From contig JBBQUR010000025.1 in assembly GCA_038212275.1 (NCBI GenBank), positions 1 to 63,682 of the forward strand: a stretch of 63,682 nt of DNA, given 5' to 3'. The notes below the pieces were generated by a model that worked only from the letters and a program-made list of their open reading frames with translations, was not told where the DNA came from and did not search any database. This DNA comes from Planctomycetota bacterium (GTDB lineage Bacteria; Planctomycetota; B15-G4). Positions 54,075 to 63,013 of the stretch are shown piece after piece. Position 1 is the first letter of the stretch. Every line of letters starts with the position of its first letter. A program made the position numbers and the translations under genes.

Positions 54075-55958
54075 TCAGGTCGTCTGCGGGTGGTGGCGTT
54101 GTTCGCGGCGGAAGGCCAGCACGCGGGACAGCAGGTTGCGGGCGCCGATCGGCTTGTGGCCGGCGGCGCGGTTGCTGGCGCCGATCGCGAACACCATGGC
54201 CCATTGTGCGAAGAGCGTGCGGTAGGCCACGAGCGGCCCGCGCAGCCGACCGAAGGCCGGATCGTAGATGTGCGTGGCCTCGGCGGTGGCGCCGTTGACC
54301 TCCACGATGCGGAAGTCCTCGCCGCGCTGCAGCGCTCCGAGTTCCGGCGCGCGCAGGTCGAAGCGGCCGATGTGCAGGCCCGGGTAGCCGTCGGCCAGCA
54401 TGTCGAGCCGGTCGCGCAGCGCGTCGGTGCCGAGGCGCGCGCCGTCCTTGAAGAGCGTGCCCTGGCAGTGATTGCCCGAGGTCACCAGCGGGAACTGCGC
54501 GCCGATGCCGGGAACCCAATCGAGGATCTCGGCGTGGCGCTTGAAGAAGGTCTTCGCCTGCAGCACGGCGCGCGGGTGCAGCACGATGAGTTCCTCGAGC
54601 GTGTGCGTGCCGTCGCCGACGACCGAGGTGAAGAACTTCTCGGTGACCGAGAAGATGCGGCCGCGCACCTCGCCCGGCGCGCGCACCCAGTACACGCCCA
54701 GCTCGTGCGGCCCCGGCGCATACTCCTGCGCCACCAGCGCCAGCGGCATGTCGCGCAGGTACGTCCGCGCCTCGTCCTCGGTGCGCACGAGCCGCACGCC
54801 CGAGCCGCGCTGCCCGACATCGGGCTTCAGCACGATGGGGAAGTTCACGCCCTGGTTGGCCATCCAGGCCTGCAGCGGCTCCAGCCGCGCCTCGCCGGCG
54901 GCCGCGGCGTTGGCGGCGGCGTCGGCATCGACCTCGAAGCCGGCCCCGGCCCCGGCGCGCGGCAGGCGCAGCGTCCGGGAGACGAAATGCTGCGCCTCGG
55001 CGCGGCCGGCCACGAGGTCGTCGAGGATCTGCCCCTTGCTCTCGCCGATGAAGCCGCCGCCGTCCATGCCCGGGTTGGCGACGGTGGGCAGCGTGAGGCT
55101 GCGGTGCCGCACGGCCAGCGCCATGTACCAGAGGAAGGTCGGCACGTAGAAGGTCCACGCCGGCCAGAATTCCCAGGTGATGCGGCGCTTCCAGCGCGCG
55201 ACGAGCAGCCGGCGCCCGCGCCATGTGGACAGAGATTCGAGCAGGCGCAGCACGATCACGAGCACGAGCAGCGACAGCACCGGCGGAAGCAGCTTGGCCG
55301 CGCCCGGCAGTTGCGCGAAGCGTGCGACGGCGGCTTCCACGTGCGGCGCGAGCAGGACCGCGCCGCCGATGAGCAGCGGCGTCCAGAGCAGCGCCGCGAG
55401 CAGCGCCCAGCCGAGAAACCAGCCGGCCTGGGCGCCGAGCACGCCGGCCGCGAAGAAGGCCGGCAACCGGCTGCCCGGCAGGAAGCGGCTGACGAGCACG
55501 ACGCGCAGCCCGCGCGTCTGGAACCAGCGCTCGGCGCGCGCCAGTTGCGCGGGGCTGATCATGCGCCGCAGCAGCGGGAGCTTCAGCGCAGGCTTGCCGA
55601 CGACGCGCCCGATGAGCCAGAGCAGCCCGTCGCCGAGCCAGATGCCGAGCGTGCAGCCGACGAGCGCCGTCACCCAGTCCAGTTCGCCCTTGGCGACGAG
55701 CAGGCCGGCGAAGATGGTCGTGAGGTCTTCGCTGATGAAGGTGGCCGCGGCGAGGCCGGCCGCCTTGCCGATCAGCGACAACCCCGCGAGCCAGGCGGCC
55801 AGTTCGCCGACGCCGCTTTCGACGAGGCCGGGGGCGGCCACGAGCGGGTCATCGGCAAGCAGCGCGTGGGGCGGGGGCGGCAACACGGGGGCATGGCTTA
55901 CTCCGTGGCGTCCGGGAATGCCAATGGGGGCGAGCCTTGCGCCCGTACCCGACCGCAC
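54075..55958 (-). CDS. DedA/VTT (SNARE-associated) membrane domain fused to ATP-grasp domain
   Basis: ATFISEDLT, GIWLGDGLLW, SRFLPGSRLP; then WEFWP, ANPG, GESK, FPIVLKPDVGQRGSGV, GNHCQG, GRFDLR and IVEVNG. Start uncertain (possibly 55886). Confidence 0.85.
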   Translation of the reverse strand: MRSGTGARLAPIGIPGRHGVSHAPVLPPPPHALLADDPLVAAPGLVESGVGELAAWLAGLSLIGKAAGLAAATFISEDLTTIFAGLLVAKGELDWVTALVGCTLGIWLGDGLLWLIGRVVGKPALKLPLLRRMISPAQLARAERWFQTRGLRVVLVSRFLPGSRLPAFFAAGVLGAQAGWFLGWALLAALLWTPLLIGGAVLLAPHVEAAVARFAQLPGAAKLLPPVLSLLVLVIVLRLLESLSTWRGRRLLVARWKRRITWEFWPAWTFYVPTFLWYMALAVRHRSLTLPTVANPGMDGGGFIGESKGQILDDLVAGRAEAQHFVSRTLRLPRAGAGAGFEVDADAAANAAAAGEARLEPLQAWMANQGVNFPIVLKPDVGQRGSGVRLVRTEDEARTYLRDMPLALVAQEYAPGPHELGVYWVRAPGEVRGRIFSVTEKFFTSVVGDGTHTLEELIVLHPRAVLQAKTFFKRHAEILDWVPGIGAQFPLVTSGNHCQGTLFKDGARLGTDALRDRLDMLADGYPGLHIGRFDLRAPELGALQRGEDFRIVEVNGATAEATHIYDPAFGRLRGPLVAYRTLFAQWAMVFAIGASNRAAGHKPIGARNLLSRVLAFRREQRHHPQTT

Positions 55959-56005
55959 GAGTCGCCCTGCGCATCGGCGCCTTGAGCAAGGAGTGGAGCA
56001 TCGGG

Positions 56006-56110
56006 AAACACGAAACGCTCAGGATCTAAGTCGCTGCCAACCCAATCCGCGAGTTCGCTGCGGCGCAGATGAGCGACCCCATTCAGTGCAGCGAATAGTT
56101 CGGCGTAGCT
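56006..56110 (-). pseudogene. Remnant resembling C-terminus of plasmid pRiA4b ORF-3 family protein
   Basis: SYAELFAALNGVAHLRRSELADWVGSDLDPERF resembles the recalled pattern Y-E-L-x-A-L...H...E...W-x-G-x-F-D-P-E-x-F. The rest of the gene is absent. Confidence 0.5.
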
Positions 56111-56371
56111 TTGGTGCACTAAAAGGCCATCAGCATGGGGAGGTTCGGGCCAGAACCGGCTATTCCCGGGTACTGGCATGAGCGGCCAGTTCTTGGACGG
56201 TAGCGACGACAGCCGTATCGGGATACTTGGGGATCTTGGCGCCGGGCGAGGAGTGACGGCCTTGGAACCTCGGGGACAAGCAGGCCCGGGGGCTGGCGGG
56301 GCAACCATGACACCCATCCTGCCGCAGCGATGGCTCGCTCGGGCCAAACGCCGTACTCCGATTCGGGCCGT

Positions 56372-56452
56372 GAAGGCGAGTTCCGGCCTCGAATTCGCCG
56401 TATGCTCTCGACCGCGAGCGCTTACCGCCTTGGAGCGACCTCTGGTGTACCA
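56372..56452 (+). repeat. 81-bp non-coding dispersed repeat, copy 2
   Basis: 66/81 ungapped identity with 15193-15273. Confidence 0.85.
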
Positions 56453-56558
56453 CTGGCCTTGACTGCCCGCGGTAAACTGTCGCGCCGAGCAAGGGCTGTT
56501 GCCGCGGGAATGCAAGCTGTTTCCCACGGAAGTCCCGCTGCCGGCCCGGAGTGCAGTG

Positions 56559-58250
56559 ATGAGGTGGACGCAGTCGTTGGGGGCTCTCGTCTTAGGGGGC
56601 ACTCTCACTGGCGGGGTGAACGCGCAGCAGCCGCTGCTTCAACTCCAGGGCCAGCCGTATTTCGGCGGCAGCATGACGCTGCACGTGACGGCGCCCGGCG
56701 CACTCGGTCAGCCCGTGACACTGCTGATGGGCGTGAATCCGCTCCCGGTCGACGGGCCGGTCGCCACCGCCAAGGGCAACTACTACGTCGGCACGCTGCT
56801 CTCGGTCATTCCCATCGGCGTCATTCCGGCAAACGCTGTCCTGACGCTTCCTTTCGTGATGCCTCCCCACGACCCGGTGCTCGTGGGCCTTACCCTCGCC
56901 CTCCAGGCTTACCTGCCGGGCATGCTCAGCACGCCTGCAACGCTGCCGCTGGATGCGCCCTATCTCGTCAATGCGACAAGCCTCCACATCGAGTCTCCGG
57001 AGCCGGAGGTGCAGGCGCTCTTCGGCGATCAGGTGGCGATGGGCGATCTAAATGCCGACGGGCACAACGACGTGATCGTCGGCGCATGGTTCCAGGACGT
57101 CGGCGGCCACGACAAGGCAGGCGCGGCCTTCGTCCTGTGGGGGCCGACGTTCACAACGCACACGTCGCTGAAGCCGCCGGTCGCTCGGCCGAACGGGAAC
57201 TTCGGTCTCAGCCTCACCGTCGAGGACTACGATCGCGACGGCATCGACGACCTCGTCGTCGGCGAGACCACCGGATTGCCGGCGTTGCCGGGAGTGCACG
57301 GCCAGCTGCACATCTACTGGGGCGGCAGCACGTTTCTCGCGCAGCCCGGCCTCAGCGTCGCCAGCGCTGGCGACGGGGAGACCTATGCCGGCTTCGCCCG
57401 CTTCATGACCAGCGGGGACCTCAATGCCGATGGCTGGCCCGACCTTGCGGTGATGGTCCCCGCCGAGGTCCTCGGGCTGGCCAGCGCCGGGCGTGTGGAC
57501 GTCTACTGGGGCCCGGGTTTCACGACCCTTTCAGAGGTCATCAGCCCGGACAACAGCTCCTTCTCCTACTTCGGCACCGAGCTCTCGGTGGGCGACGTGA
57601 ATGGTGACGGGATGGACGACCTCGTCGAAGGCTCAGGACGCGACGATGTCGGTGGCACGGTGAACCTCGGCAGCGTCCACATCTTCCTCGGTCCGGATCT
57701 CCAGTGGTTCAAGACCATCGCCGCGCCTGCCAACTACGGCTTCAACACGCGCTTCGGCGAGGGTTTGCATGCCACGGATCTCGACGGCGATGGAAAAGCG
57801 GAGGTCATGGTGTGCGACCTTCGGAACAACGTCTACGTCTTCGACGTTGCCGACTCGGTGAGCTGGGTCAAGGCGACGAAGCCCCCCATTAACGGAGCCA
57901 TGCCGCCGCTGACAGGTGACATCTTTTTCGGTGAGCTCTCACTGACAGCCGCTGCAATCGGTGGAGACGCCCTGCCTGACTTGGTGATTCCCGATTTTGC
58001 CGAAGGGCTGGTAGCTGGTTGTGGAGTCATAGGAAAGGGTGGAAGAATCTACTTCGCGCTTCAACCCTACTTCAACACATACCATGTGCTGGACAATCCG
58101 GCACCGCAGTGTGGTGATCAACATGGATGGTGGAGCTGTTTCGGTCAGCTCGATGACGATGCCTCGCTAGAAGCCGTGCTGGGAAACCCGACGTCGGACG
58201 AGCTTGTGCCGAACGGCGGAAACATTGTCCTTTACAACGTTAACGGTTAG
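56559..58250 (+). CDS. Secreted integrin-alpha-like FG-GAP repeat protein
   Basis: Signal peptide (VNA-Q); FGDQVAMGDLNADGHNDVIVGA...AGAAFVLWG repeats. Confidence 0.88.
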   Translation: MRWTQSLGALVLGGTLTGGVNAQQPLLQLQGQPYFGGSMTLHVTAPGALGQPVTLLMGVNPLPVDGPVATAKGNYYVGTLLSVIPIGVIPANAVLTLPFVMPPHDPVLVGLTLALQAYLPGMLSTPATLPLDAPYLVNATSLHIESPEPEVQALFGDQVAMGDLNADGHNDVIVGAWFQDVGGHDKAGAAFVLWGPTFTTHTSLKPPVARPNGNFGLSLTVEDYDRDGIDDLVVGETTGLPALPGVHGQLHIYWGGSTFLAQPGLSVASAGDGETYAGFARFMTSGDLNADGWPDLAVMVPAEVLGLASAGRVDVYWGPGFTTLSEVISPDNSSFSYFGTELSVGDVNGDGMDDLVEGSGRDDVGGTVNLGSVHIFLGPDLQWFKTIAAPANYGFNTRFGEGLHATDLDGDGKAEVMVCDLRNNVYVFDVADSVSWVKATKPPINGAMPPLTGDIFFGELSLTAAAIGGDALPDLVIPDFAEGLVAGCGVIGKGGRIYFALQPYFNTYHVLDNPAPQCGDQHGWWSCFGQLDDDASLEAVLGNPTSDELVPNGGNIVLYNVNG

Positions 58251-58281
58251 CTTGCCCATTTTGCGAGGGAGGAAGATAACA

Positions 58282-59892
58282 ATGACTCGTCATGCTGCGC
58301 GTCTCACTTGGACTTTTCTGTCGCTCTGTTTAGTTCCCAGCGCAAGTGCGGGTGACATTTGGGTGGACGCCGTCAACGGTAGCGATGGACAGTCCGGAGC
58401 GTCGATTGGGTTGGCAAAGAAAACGATCACGGGTGCAATGGCCGCAGCGAACTCCGGCGATGTCCTGCGAGTCGTTACTGGAACCTACGACGTCGCCTTG
58501 GGCGAGTCCTTCCCCGTTCCGATCAAGCACAACGTTGATATTATCGGCGCGGAAGTAAATCCAGAGGACTGGCCTCGCATCGGAGGCGACGTCAATACGG
58601 CCGATTCATCGGTCGAGGCGCTCTTCGAGGTGCAGGCGACTGCCGGAAGCAAGACGGGCATCGACATCCGTAACCTGTTCTTCATTGGAGAGAACAGCGA
58701 AGACCGCGATGCGCCCAGCTCGCTGATCGTTCGCGTGAGTTCCGGGTATACGGCAGAAGTTAAGTTCGAGGAGAACGTCTGCACCCGCCCATTCATGAGC
58801 GATGCGGAAAATGACGACAGGTCAACGATCCTCATCGAGGGCGGCTGGGGGCTCACTGACGTCACCATCCTGAACTGCCCGGGTATCGAGCCGTCGCGCC
58901 GCGGCGCCATCGAAGTCCGCAACGGAACTGACACGACCGAATCGCATCAGGCCATCGTGGAAATCAAGGCCCGAGGCAACCGCATCTCCATTGCCGACCT
59001 GCACGATATCGGCGACTTCGGATTCGCATTCCTTGGATCGGGTGAGGAATGGGTGGAGCCGCGGATCTCGCTGCAGGGCAACGTGATCGACACGGCCATC
59101 AGTGTTGCTCATGATGGAATCCGGGATGGCGTCTACATCGAGTTGCTCGCGGAAGGCGACGGTGACATCCGCCTCCAGGACGAGAGCTTTCACGTCGTCA
59201 ACAACACCGTGCTCGGCTGCAGGAATGCCGCCTTCGTGTTTCGAGACATACCGCTGTCCGATACGGCGACTCACGGGATTACCCTCACGGACTTCGAGCG
59301 AAACACCGTCAGCGGCATGACCGCGCAGGGATTCACGACTTATGGGTTGCTCATCGAGCAGTCGAGCTCGCTGAATGCAGAGTACGGTGGCGACATCACG
59401 ATCAACTCACGCAGCAACATGTTTGTTCAATGCGACACGGGCGCCAGGCTCGTGAATGCCAACGGAGGCACTGGGGAGAAGCACTTCACGAACGACACGA
59501 TAGCGGACAACTATTCCTACGGGATTGTGTTAGCCGGTGACGACGCGTGGATCGATTCCCTGGTGAACTGCATCGTGTACTTCAACAATGCCAATGGCGA
59601 CCAATGCGATCCCGGGTCATCCGGATGGAGTCCCGGCGCCGTCACGTTCGAGCACTGCGACTTCTTCGACTTCTCGGGCGGGCAGAACAACATCGACGGT
59701 GATCCCCTGTTCGTGAACGCGGGCGCAGGCAACTATCACCTTGCTTCGAACTCGCCCTGCATCAATGTCGGCGACAACACGCCGGATTCCGGGATCTCGG
59801 TGACGGAGTTCGACATCGATAGAGATGACCGCATCGACCTGTCAGAACCACCTCGGATCATCGACATGGGTGCGGACGAGTACATGCCATAG
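58282..59892 (+). CDS. Secreted DUF1565/right-handed beta-helix protein
   Basis: GDIWVDAVNGSD...KTITGAM...SGDVLRVVTGTY...GESFPV; C-terminal NIDGDPLFVN...YHLASNSPCINVG...IDMGADE. Confidence 0.82.
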   Translation: MTRHAARLTWTFLSLCLVPSASAGDIWVDAVNGSDGQSGASIGLAKKTITGAMAAANSGDVLRVVTGTYDVALGESFPVPIKHNVDIIGAEVNPEDWPRIGGDVNTADSSVEALFEVQATAGSKTGIDIRNLFFIGENSEDRDAPSSLIVRVSSGYTAEVKFEENVCTRPFMSDAENDDRSTILIEGGWGLTDVTILNCPGIEPSRRGAIEVRNGTDTTESHQAIVEIKARGNRISIADLHDIGDFGFAFLGSGEEWVEPRISLQGNVIDTAISVAHDGIRDGVYIELLAEGDGDIRLQDESFHVVNNTVLGCRNAAFVFRDIPLSDTATHGITLTDFERNTVSGMTAQGFTTYGLLIEQSSSLNAEYGGDITINSRSNMFVQCDTGARLVNANGGTGEKHFTNDTIADNYSYGIVLAGDDAWIDSLVNCIVYFNNANGDQCDPGSSGWSPGAVTFEHCDFFDFSGGQNNIDGDPLFVNAGAGNYHLASNSPCINVGDNTPDSGISVTEFDIDRDDRIDLSEPPRIIDMGADEYMP

Positions 59893-60197
59893 CAGCCAGT
59901 GGAGGTAGCGCCTTCTCGCGCCGACTCACGCCGCGACGAATTGCGGAGCGGGTGCGCGTGGATTCCGCGAGTGATAGATCGCGAGCAGTGGCGGCGTGAT
60001 CCGGAGCAGCAGGAGTGCGATGAGATGCGACCAGAGGGCGCGCACAAGGCCGGCAAGGCCGCCCTGCAGGCTCCTCGGCGTCCCGCATCCGGTCAGCCGC
60101 GCATCACCAGCCCCAGGTTGAAGGTCAGGCCGGCAAGCAGGCTGCGCATGTGGACTTCGTCGGTGCCTCGGGCGTGGACTCTTCGCATGCAACCTGT

Positions 60198-60266
60198 CTC
60201 ACCCACCAGCACGCCCTGGAGATCGCCGACGAGCGCGTGGACGTGCTCGTACCCACGACCCGGTGT
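60198..60266 (-). pseudogene. Isolated fragment of IS66 tnpC
   Basis: Translates TPGRGYEHVHALVGDLQGVLVGE versus TPGRGYDHVHALVGELQGVLVGD in TnpC at about 20075-20143 (20/23 identical). Confidence 0.85.
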
Positions 60267-60540
60267 CGATCGTCAGCGATGTCCGGGAACTCACGCTGCA
60301 CGGCGGGAAGGCCCGCTTCCACGCACAAGTGCAGGCGCGCCAGCAGGCCCTGCTCGCGCTGCTCGCCGCCAGGCCGGCGTAGTCAGCCACTCCGCAGCAG
60401 CCTCCCGCCTGCAACCCAAGGTCCACCCGCGATCCATGTGGGCGTCACGCAACGACTACCCGCAGCGGGTCTGTTCCGTCGGCGCGGCCGAATCCTTATT
60501 CTCTCCGCCGAGTCTGCCCTGACCCCGGAAACCGGCACGC

Positions 60541-61530
60541 GTGAGCAAGGAGAGCCAGCTCTTGGTCCCAGAGGTCGGCATGCCGCTGGACGAGGAGCCG
60601 CCGCAGCAGGTGCCGGGCAGCTTCCTGTCCGCGCTTCCGCAGTTCTTCGTGTTCCCGGCCATCCTGGTCATCACGCTGACGGTGGCGTACTTCGGGCTTC
60701 GCATGCTGATCGGCTTCGAGCCGGACTCGGCGCGCGAGCTGCTCGACGAGATCCGCACCGCCAGCGGCCCCGGTGCGCGCTGGCAGAGCATGCACTCGCT
60801 CGCGGACGGCCTCCGCCGTGGCCAGCTCAGCCTGGACGAGGTGCCGGCCACGGAGCTGGCCGCGCTCTACGGCGCCTACGCGGGCGACAGTCCCCAGTCC
60901 AGGCAGTTTCTGCTGCAGGTGCTGGGATGGAAGCAGGCACCTGAGCTGACGATGCTGGCCGTGGGCGCGCTCTCGGATGCGGATCCTGACGTGCGGCTCT
61001 CCGCGCTCTACGCGCTCTCGCAGGCCAAGGATCCGGACGCGGTGCCGGCGCTGATCGAGGTGCTGAACGGCGCCGAGCCGACGGAGCGCTTCCTCGCACT
61101 CGGAGCATTGGCCGCCACCGGCACGCCCGCGGCGCGGGACGCCGTCGCCAGCCAGCTGCCCTCCGAAGACGGCATCCTGCGCCGCAACGCCGCGCTTGCC
61201 CTGGCCGCAGCCGGCGATGTCCGCGCCGCGCCCTACCTGCCGGGCCTGCTCGTGCGGGCCAACTACGACAGCGACCCCGCTCTCGGCGACAGCGACCCGA
61301 CGCTGGACGAAGCCTCCCGGACCGCCAAGCGGCAGGACGTCGTCGAGCAGTTCCTGGTCAGCGCCGCCCGGGCCGCCGGGCGCCTCAAGGACGAAAAGCT
61401 TGCTCCCTTGCTGGAGCAGATGCGTGCGAATGATCCCTCCCTGAAAGTAAGATCCGCCGCGATCAACGCCCTGCACGACATGGACGCCGCCGCTGCACCC
61501 GGCAACGTGACCCCGAACCCACCCAAGTAG
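60541..61530 (+). CDS. Membrane-anchored HEAT-repeat protein
   Basis: One TM (FFVFPAILV...) followed by DVRLSALYAL, ERFLALGAL and LRRNAALAL repeats. Confidence 0.85.
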   Translation: MSKESQLLVPEVGMPLDEEPPQQVPGSFLSALPQFFVFPAILVITLTVAYFGLRMLIGFEPDSARELLDEIRTASGPGARWQSMHSLADGLRRGQLSLDEVPATELAALYGAYAGDSPQSRQFLLQVLGWKQAPELTMLAVGALSDADPDVRLSALYALSQAKDPDAVPALIEVLNGAEPTERFLALGALAATGTPAARDAVASQLPSEDGILRRNAALALAAAGDVRAAPYLPGLLVRANYDSDPALGDSDPTLDEASRTAKRQDVVEQFLVSAARAAGRLKDEKLAPLLEQMRANDPSLKVRSAAINALHDMDAAAAPGNVTPNPPK

Positions 61531-61551
61531 ACGGGACAAGACCACCCAGAC

Positions 61552-62124
61552 ATGGCCACCACGCAAGCATCGCAGCGCGCCATCGGCGTGCAGAACCCGG
61601 CCCGCACGGATGGCGTCACGCGCCGCGGTTTCATCGGTTCGCTCGGCATCGGCTGGGCCATCTTCGCCATGGGCGCGGGGGCCGGCACGCTGGGCATCGT
61701 GCGCTTCCTCTTTCCCAACGTGCTGTTCGAGCCGCCGACAACCTTCAAGGCCGGCCAGCCCAGCGACTTTTCCATGGGCGTCGACGAGCGCTTCAAGGAG
61801 ACCAACGGGACGTGGCTCGTGCGCACCGACAGTGACCCGCTCTCCGGGCGCCCCGGCGTGCAGGGCATCTACGCGCTGTCCACGACCTGCACGCACCTCG
61901 GCTGCATCCCCAACTGGCTCGCCGCGGACCAGAAGTTCAAGTGCCCGTGCCACGGCTCGGGCTTCCGCATGAGCGGCATGAACTTCGAGGGCCCCGCGCC
62001 GCGCCCGCTGGAGCGCTGGCGCATCACGCGCGCCGACGACGGCCAGGTGCAGATCGACAAGAGCCAGAAATACCAGTGGGAAAAGGGCCAGTGGATCGGC
62101 CCCGAGGCCTTCCTGAAGGTCTGA
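61552..62124 (+). CDS. qcrA: Rieske 2Fe-2S subunit of cytochrome bc complex
   Basis: Tat-like TRRGFIG, CTHLGC, CPCHGS and GPAPRPL. Confidence 0.95.
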   Translation: MATTQASQRAIGVQNPARTDGVTRRGFIGSLGIGWAIFAMGAGAGTLGIVRFLFPNVLFEPPTTFKAGQPSDFSMGVDERFKETNGTWLVRTDSDPLSGRPGVQGIYALSTTCTHLGCIPNWLAADQKFKCPCHGSGFRMSGMNFEGPAPRPLERWRITRADDGQVQIDKSQKYQWEKGQWIGPEAFLKV

Positions 62125-62287
62125 TCCGCACAGGGCTCCACACCTCGCGGCGCGTGAAGGCAGCACGCGGAACGAGGTTCGCAGTCCGCTCTCGCACAGC
62201 AACCGCCACGAACCGCGCCTCGCAACGCGCACCGAACCGAACACGACAGGCGCCCCCCGCGGGGCGATTCGCAGAAGGAGAACCCTC

Positions 62288-63001
62288 TTGGGTCTGAAAC
62301 AGAAGATCGCGGAAACGCAGATCTGGAGATCGATCTTCAGGCACGGCTACCCGAACACGCCGCGCAACCGCGCCCTGGCCGCGCTGTCGAACATCTTCCT
62401 GCACCTGCATCCGGTGAAGGCGCGCAAGAGCGGCATCCGGCTCTCGTTCACGTGGTGCATGGGCGGGATCACGTTCTTCCTGTTCCTGCTCGAGACGATC
62501 ACCGGCGTGCTGCTGATGTTCTATTACCGGCCGACGATCGAGTACGCCTACAACGACATCATCGCGCTGCGCGAGCACGTGCCGCTGGGCATCATGCGCG
62601 AGCTGCATCGCTGGGGCGCGCACATGATGGTGCTCGCCGTATGGCTGCACATGCTGCGCGTCTTCCTCACCGGCAGCTACAAGCCGCCGCGCGAGTTCAA
62701 CTGGAACATCGGCGTCATCCTGCTGCTGCTCACCATGCTGCTGTCGTTCACGGGCTACCTGCTGCCGTGGGACCAGCTGGCCATGTGGGCCGTCGCCGTG
62801 GGGACGCAGATGGCCGGGTTCACACCCGTGTTCGGCCAGCAGGTCCAGTTCGTCCTCTTGGGCGGCGTGGAGATCGGCCCCGAGACGCTCCTGCGCTGGT
62901 ACGTCCTGCACGTCCTCGCCCTCCCGTTCGTCACCACCCTCTTCCTCGCGGTCCACTTCTGGCGGATCCGCAAGGACGGCGGCATCTCCGGTCCCCTGTA
63001 G
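62288..63001 (+). CDS. qcrB: Cytochrome b (b6-like N-terminal, 4-TM) subunit
   Basis: WCMGG, TGVLLMFYY, RELHRWGAH, LHMLRVF, TGYLLPWDQ, LHV...HF and GISGPL. TTG start after AGGAG. Confidence 0.95.
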   Translation: MGLKQKIAETQIWRSIFRHGYPNTPRNRALAALSNIFLHLHPVKARKSGIRLSFTWCMGGITFFLFLLETITGVLLMFYYRPTIEYAYNDIIALREHVPLGIMRELHRWGAHMMVLAVWLHMLRVFLTGSYKPPREFNWNIGVILLLLTMLLSFTGYLLPWDQLAMWAVAVGTQMAGFTPVFGQQVQFVLLGGVEIGPETLLRWYVLHVLALPFVTTLFLAVHFWRIRKDGGISGPL

Positions 63002-63013
63002 GAGGCGCGACAC

